From Octopus sinensis (lineage: Eukaryota), in contig NC_043002.1 of NCBI RefSeq assembly GCF_006345805.1, positions 113,770,001 to 113,834,000 of the forward strand: 64,000 bases of DNA, written 5' to 3'. This document shows, in pieces, positions 59,401 to 64,000 of the stretch; the first letter of the stretch is position 1, and every line of letters starts with the position of its first letter. The translations under genes were made by a program, and so were the position numbers. The notes below the pieces were generated by a model. It ran no database searches. It was not told the DNA's origin and worked only from the letters and a program-made list of their open reading frames with translations.

Positions 59401-61493
59401 ATCTGAAAATAAGATAGGATATTTGCAACTGTAATACCTTGGCAATAGGTCTGATGGATTGGGATGACCAGAAGATAGATGGCAACATTTATTTTAAAAA
59501 GTATAAAACACAAAGCACTACTCAAATTTGAAAAATACATGGCACCACACACCACTGGTGGAGCTAGAGTGTGTGCCACCTGGGACGACCTTTCAGTTTT
59601 ATGCCCCCATGCAAAAATTACAATTACCCACAGCAGAGCCAAAAGTGATGCCATCCCCATACTAGGGCCACAAACCCCTTAAACACAAGCAGCACTCAAC
59701 TAATGCTCCACAGGTGCTTCAAATGTTAGGCCTCACTAACACTGAGGATCTCTCTATAACAGCTAGGACTGCATCCTAAAGACTGGCTCTTCTCTTCAGG
59801 GCCTGAATATACTTTAGCTCCCGACAATTGCTGACACTCCACAAAACAAAAGTGAAGACTACAATGAAGTAAGGCTCCTACATCAGCACTACTTTGATAT
59901 ACACAAACATCCCAACTGCATTGAAAGGGTACTTGATACTTCTGACTCACTTTCTCCCCCCTCATCTTATATCCCCCATGTGATATCCAAACACACCTGC
60001 TCTAGGCCTCAAACTAACAACTGCATATAAACCTTTCTCCCAAGAACACCAACCTTCTACAATTTCTTTGTGTTTTTCCTGCAGCTGTTGACTTGCAATG
60101 GTTTAAGCAGAATATTTATGGTATCAGTCTTACCAATCACACACCAATCCATTACACTCTGTGGAGTGGTTGGTGCTAGGAAGGTGTCCAGCCACAGAAA
60201 CCACACTAAGTAAAGTTTGTGTTTGTGTCCTCTTAATTACAGAGAGAGATAGAATGATGTTGTAAGAGAAGAGAATTAGAGCTAGTGGGAATTGTAGGGT
60301 GTTGTCTCAGTTGCTGACAGCAAACTTCATTTCTCTCTCTGACCAAGGTTCTAGCTGGTCTGCCAGACTTTGTTGTCACCGAAGTGACTAACTGGTTGAG
60401 TCGTCACCATGTGACTGGACTTGTTGAATCGTTACCAACTGATTTTTGCTTGGGGTGTTCTTGCTTTTATAACTATTAAGAACTATTAGACATATCATTG
60501 AGAACAATAGATTTAGTTGGTGGTCTTGTTATCTCTATTCTAGCTTTTGGTGAAGTAGAAGAGGTTAGAAAGGGTGAAGTGGTGAAGACATTTTTTTGGC
60601 CTAGCTAAAGGCAATCTGGCGAATGTCAAACTGCTGTCACAGAAAAACCATTGTTCCACCATGGGAAAAGTTCTGTTGCAGTGTTAATTTAAATTTGGCT
60701 ACGGTGGATCGAATCCACTTCATGCATGCAAGATCCACTGCAAACAGACAATGGAGCCTGGTGCGGCCCCTGACCTTGCCAGTTCTGGTCAAACTGTCCA
60801 ACTCATGCCAGCATGGAAAACAGATGTTAAATGATGACGATGACAATGAAGGCTTGTTCACAACACCATCATTTACAGTTGTAGTTTTGGTTAATGTCAC
60901 TGATTTAATTGTTATGCTGACTCTCAATGTTTAATGTTGTCACAGTCATCTTGTATGATAATAATTATGGAGCTACTACTAAAAGATTAATGTTGGAATC
61001 AGCTGATTTGAATAATACTTGATTGTAGAGCTGGTTCTTAATGATATAGTTGCAAGGTAACCATCAATGGTTATACCTATGATTGTAATTCATGTATTTC
61101 TTCCCTAGGTTGGTTGCTTGGACCTTATTAGAAACAGCTGAAGCTGGTGTTCATCATTAATTTCATTTTAATATACATTGATTGTTAAAGACTAAAACAT
61201 TCGCTTTAATAATGGTAAGATGCAATGCTGTGTGAGTTAAGAAAATTACTGATGTGTATATTGTTTGGACACTTTAGAGTGCCAACTTCACAAGAAACTA
61301 TTGATGTAGTGGAGAAATAAGTCACATGCATGATTAAACTGAATGAAGAAGTAAAGTGCAAACTTACTTTTCTTGATTAAATATGAAACACATTTGCGGA
61401 TATGGGCCATCCACTCTGATTTTTCACTCGAAGTGGCAGCATAGACAATAAATGACTTCATCGGACTTAGTATTTTCCAGCCGTTTCTTAAGT
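46526..61493 (-). CDS. PLEKHF2: Phafin2 / pleckstrin homology domain-containing family F member 2 (PH + FYVE + acidic tail), spliced gene span, 5'-incomplete
   Basis: Five exons in phase. End of PH domain DLRNGWKILSPMKSFIVYAATSSEKSEWMAHIRKCV; FYVE WVPD..CMLC..RRHHCRKCG..CNPC..RVCNNC with all 8 Cys; acidic DDSSDDD tail. Confidence 0.93.
46860..47241 (+). mobile_element. tRNA-derived SINE family D
   Basis: GGAGGCGCAATGGCCCAGTGG head, GGTTTCGATTCC B box, tail CCCTCGTCGTCGTAACCGACGGAGTGCTTCCA; second full copy 36684-37046(-); fragment ~58060-58230. Confidence 0.9.
48116..48690 (-). mobile_element. SINE family C trimer
   Basis: Junctions at 48285/48286 and 48468/48469, 183 bp apart, matching the 32735 junction. 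Confidence 0.9.
48790..49500 (+). mobile_element. R2-superfamily (restriction-like endonuclease, HERO-like) non-LTR element 3' remnant
   Basis: Degenerate translation ..AVGVRGFIDRKMRTLFK..VQEAVRKASF.. resembles RLE-clade C-termini; followed by a GC-richer 3'UTR. Confidence 0.5.
50235..50359 (-). CDS. PLEKHF2: PLEKHF2 exon, acidic tail (YCPTNDDGDSSADDSSDDDNDDEDEKNTFLDSAINANYHDQQ)
   Basis: tttcag acceptor, phase 1 fits; CAG/GTATTT donor; poly-Asp tail as in Phafin2. Confidence 0.85.
53669..53972. repeat. AT-rich foldback flanked by (TA)n
   Basis: Arms of ~130 bp around a 9-nt loop at ~53803-53811. Confidence 0.85.
54290..54446 (-). CDS. PLEKHF2: PLEKHF2 exon, FYVE core (HHCRKCGIVVCNPCSSSKLLLPQQSSKPQRVCNNC...)
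   Basis: tttgcag / GTGAGT; RRHHCR and RVC motifs. Confidence 0.96.
54645..54955 (-). mobile_element. SINE family D variant with a different 3' tail, nested in a family B SINE
   Basis: Head and body match family D up to CTTTCTCTCACTCT, then diverge into a tail ending GGTCACGTGATCACGTGA. Confidence 0.8.
56567..56916 (+). mobile_element. 350-bp hammerhead-bearing element with 20-bp terminal inverted repeats in (TA)n
   Basis: CCAATTAAGGACTGAACACG at 56567-56586 and its exact reverse complement at 56897-56916; TA runs on both flanks. Confidence 0.75.
56699..56763 (+). ncRNA. Type I hammerhead ribozyme (predicted cleavage after GUA at 56758)
   Basis: CCAUG-CUGAUGA-U-GGCUG..CAGCU-GAAA-CUA-AUU-UAG-UA/CAUGG: 5-bp stem I, 5-bp stem II with inner UUUUCC/GGAAAA hairpin, 4-bp stem III; folded by eye. 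Confidence 0.8.
58270..58583 (-). mobile_element. Helitron-like 5' fragment with internal (CTGT)/(GT) microsatellite
   Basis: Minus strand A|TCTATTATATAAAATCC followed by tctgtctgtgtgtg; no 3' hairpin found. Confidence 0.5.
59106..59215 (-). CDS. PLEKHF2: PLEKHF2 exon (RGIEQKPDLNCPVWVPDSDASECMLCKKSVFSVINRR)
   Basis: tttcag / GTGAGT; WxxD FYVE motif; not present in the supplied ORF track. Confidence 0.95.
61368..61493 (-). CDS. PLEKHF2: PLEKHF2 exon, C-terminal half of PH domain
   Basis: tttgcag / GTAAGT on minus strand; motif recognised from the vertebrate protein. Confidence 0.95.
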
Positions 61494-62204
61494 CTGCAAA
61501 AGACATACAGAAATATAAAAAAAAAATTAACAGAAGATGAAAAATTCTGAAAGAAGGCGTAGGAGTGGATGTGTGGCAAGTAGCTTGCTTACCAACCACA
61601 TGGTTCCAGGTTCAGTCCCTCTGCATAGCACCTTAGGCATGTGTCTTCTACTATAGCCTCGGGCTGACCAAAGCCTTGTGAGTGGATTTGGTAGACGGAA
61701 ACTGAAAGAAGCCTGTCATATATATGTATATATATGTACGTGTGTGCGTGTGTTTGTCCCCCTAGCATTGCTTGACAACCGATGCTGGTGTGGTTACATC
61801 CACGTAACTTAGCAGTTCAGCAAAGAGGCCGATAGAATAAGTACTAGGCTTACAAAGAATAAGCTCTGGGGTCGATTTGCTCGACTAAAAGCGGTGCCCC
61901 AGCATGGCCGCAGTCAAATGACTGAAACAAGTAAAATAGTAAATAGAATACGATAGCAAATACAAGTAGATGAAATGGGGCAGCTCTGAAGGAATACCAG
62001 AGAAACATGCTGGACAGGGTGCACAGCTTAGAGGTAAAGGAGTTTTTCCGGACTGAGGTACAACTTCTTTGCATTATGAAGTTACAGTAATGGTACAATA
62101 AACTTGTGATTAGAATGTTGCAAGAAAGAATCTTAAGATGGATTCTTCAAGCCAAACCGTCCAGTAGGAGACTTAGGCAGTAAATCAAGAATAAGACGGT
62201 TGGC

Positions 62205-62433
62205 TGGTGAGCTGGCAGAATCGTTAGCACGCCGGGCGAAATGCGTAGCCGTATTTCGTCTTCCGTTACGTTCTGAGTTCAAATTCCGCCGAGGTCAACT
62301 TTGCCTTTCATCCTTTCGGGGTCGATTAAATAAGTACCAGTTACGCACTGTGGTTAATGTAATCGATTTAATCCCTTTGTCTGTCCTTGTTTGTCCCCTC
62401 TATGTTTAGCCCCCTGTGGGCAACAAAGAAATA
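62205..62433 (+). mobile_element. tRNA-derived SINE family C, monomer
   Basis: GAGCTGGCAGAA head, GAGTTCAAATTCC B box, GCCTTTCATCCTTTCGGGGTCGAT body, AAAGAAATA end. Other copies at 4660-4800, 13362-13560, 13615-13810, 18570-18778 and 49540-49720(-). Confidence 0.88.
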
Positions 62434-64000
62434 AATATCTAATATCCAAGTATCGGTAACACTTGGTGATCCAGCTAGGAAGTAGAATGACAATTGCTTC
62501 TGAGATGAGGTGCCTGAGAACTGTACTCTGATGAATCTTCCAGGAATAGTGGGCAAAGAAGACAGATAGAGGGATAAAAATACCAACTGCAAGAAATAGC
62601 AGCTATGTCTTTCTTTAATTAAACTCTACAATAAAAAAAAAATGTAGGATGCATTGCACTGAATGTATGAATAGATTGGAGAAAAGATTTTTTCAGTTTT
62701 GTTGGGAACAAGACAACATTTCCAGTGTCCCTGCTCTGATAAAATTACCCAATACATTCTGCGAAACAGATGGACAGACTGTAGTAACCATGGTTTCTGA
62801 GCTGTCTAGGACAGCAGTAAATTCTGAATAAGAACTGACTTGGACTGTGACAACTTGGTTGACTCATGAAAGCATGGAAACATGGACATAAAATGACGAT
62901 GATGATGATGATGATCAGATAATGTAGTTTTAAGATACATTGTTTGATCAACCCTTTAGCATTTAAACTGGTCGTATCTGGACAATACTCCATCTGTTTT
63001 ATGTTCAAACTGGCCATATCCAGCTTCTCACACTTACCTTACAATGTTATACTAAAAATAAAGTCACACCAAAATATCAAAGATACAAGATGAGGCGAAC
63101 AATGTGGATAAATAAGCATTATATTTAGCAGAGTAATCTGAAGGTTAAAGGGTTAAAAGATGGGATGGTCAAGGCTGGAGCATCTTTGGTCATAAGTCTG
63201 CTTCATCATTGTTATTTTGTGATCATTTAGTCCCAAATCAGCAGCCACCACATCATTACCATAGCACTCGTTTATATAGATGAGTAATTCACAGCTGTTG
63301 TATCAAGTGGTAACAGAACTGAATAGAATTGATTAGAAGAGGACACAAATGTTAATGCTTTTAGTTCAGGACTTCAACACAAACAATGTGTTTATGAAAT
63401 GATCGTTAATTAAACAGAGCTCTTGTTATTTACAAACATAGAAACATCTAATCATGTTTTTCAGTGTGATCTAACTATCACTCACTACGATGGATAATAA
63501 CGATGATGATGGTTGCTGGCAGTAGTTGTGGTGGTGGTGATGGTGCTCTCATGATAGTGATGACAAGGAAGAAGAGGCTGGCTGTGGTAACGCTCCTGGC
63601 AATGATGATATTGGTATTACTCAAATTTACTTCACTAGCCAAGATATTAAAAAGAAAAGAATCGATATATCATACTAGAAAAAAAAAGTAACTGGTAGAA
63701 GATGAAGGTGAAGACATTCAACATAAACAACAGTTCTCCTCATTGCATCTATTTACAATTTGATGAGTTGGAGCCAGAGAGGTTTACAATGAGTTGGCCA
63801 TAACAAACTAATGACCTACACTGGGGAAAATAAATTTAAGACCAATGATAAAAGTTCTATTTCTTACAAAATATTTTGTTACTGACACTACAAATTATTT
63901 TTATCTTTTATACCTTATTCAGAATTTATTTCTCTTTCGAATTATGCAGACAATAACAAAATATTTTGTAAGAAATAGAACTTTTATCCTGTCAACATAA

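Noticed and set aside
60280-60600. Minus-strand Ser/Thr-rich frames including VTTKSGRP, reminiscent of Gypsy integrase tails or a PLEKHF2 cassette exon
   Set aside because: Multiple stops, no core domain motifs, and no consistent splice pair in phase with neighbouring exons.
196-63691. Most ORFs in the supplied track (poly-His, YIYI, MLFTCH-type products)
   Set aside because: They are translations of microsatellites, SINEs and RTE 3'UTR repeats, recurring wherever those repeats occur, with no protein-family motifs.

Overview
AT-rich, repeat-dense animal genomic DNA. The SINE/RTE repeat content points to an octopus (coleoid cephalopod); this is inference, and no database search was run. Two spliced genes converge across an ~8.9 kb gap. 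On + is a condensin II kleisin NCAPH2/CAP-H2 orthologue: 17 GT-AG coding exons from 2463 to 37670 that join in phase to 565 aa, with the N-terminal exon(s) upstream of the window. On - is a PH+FYVE Phafin2/PLEKHF2 orthologue: 5 coding exons from 61493 to 46526, with the 5' exons outside the window. Introns and the intergenic gap are filled with RTE LINEs, at least three tRNA-derived SINE families, non-autonomous Helitrons, Penelope-like (GIY-YIG) remnants, CR1, Tc1/mariner and R2-superfamily fragments, and microsatellites. One RTE is a young 5'-truncated copy with an open RT ORF, an embedded PHD finger and a concatemerised 2.2 kb 3'UTR. Almost all ORFs in the supplied track are repeat artefacts. 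The most interesting signals are: (i) a structurally complete type I hammerhead ribozyme, plus several variant or broken hammerheads, in small (TA)n-embedded elements; (ii) three ~90-120 bp inverted copies of sequence lying 1-2 kb away, resembling templated repair insertions; (iii) SINE and LINE concatemers with recurrent identical junctions; (iv) long hairpins next to NCAPH2 splice acceptors. All coordinates were counted by hand; repeat boundaries are approximate.
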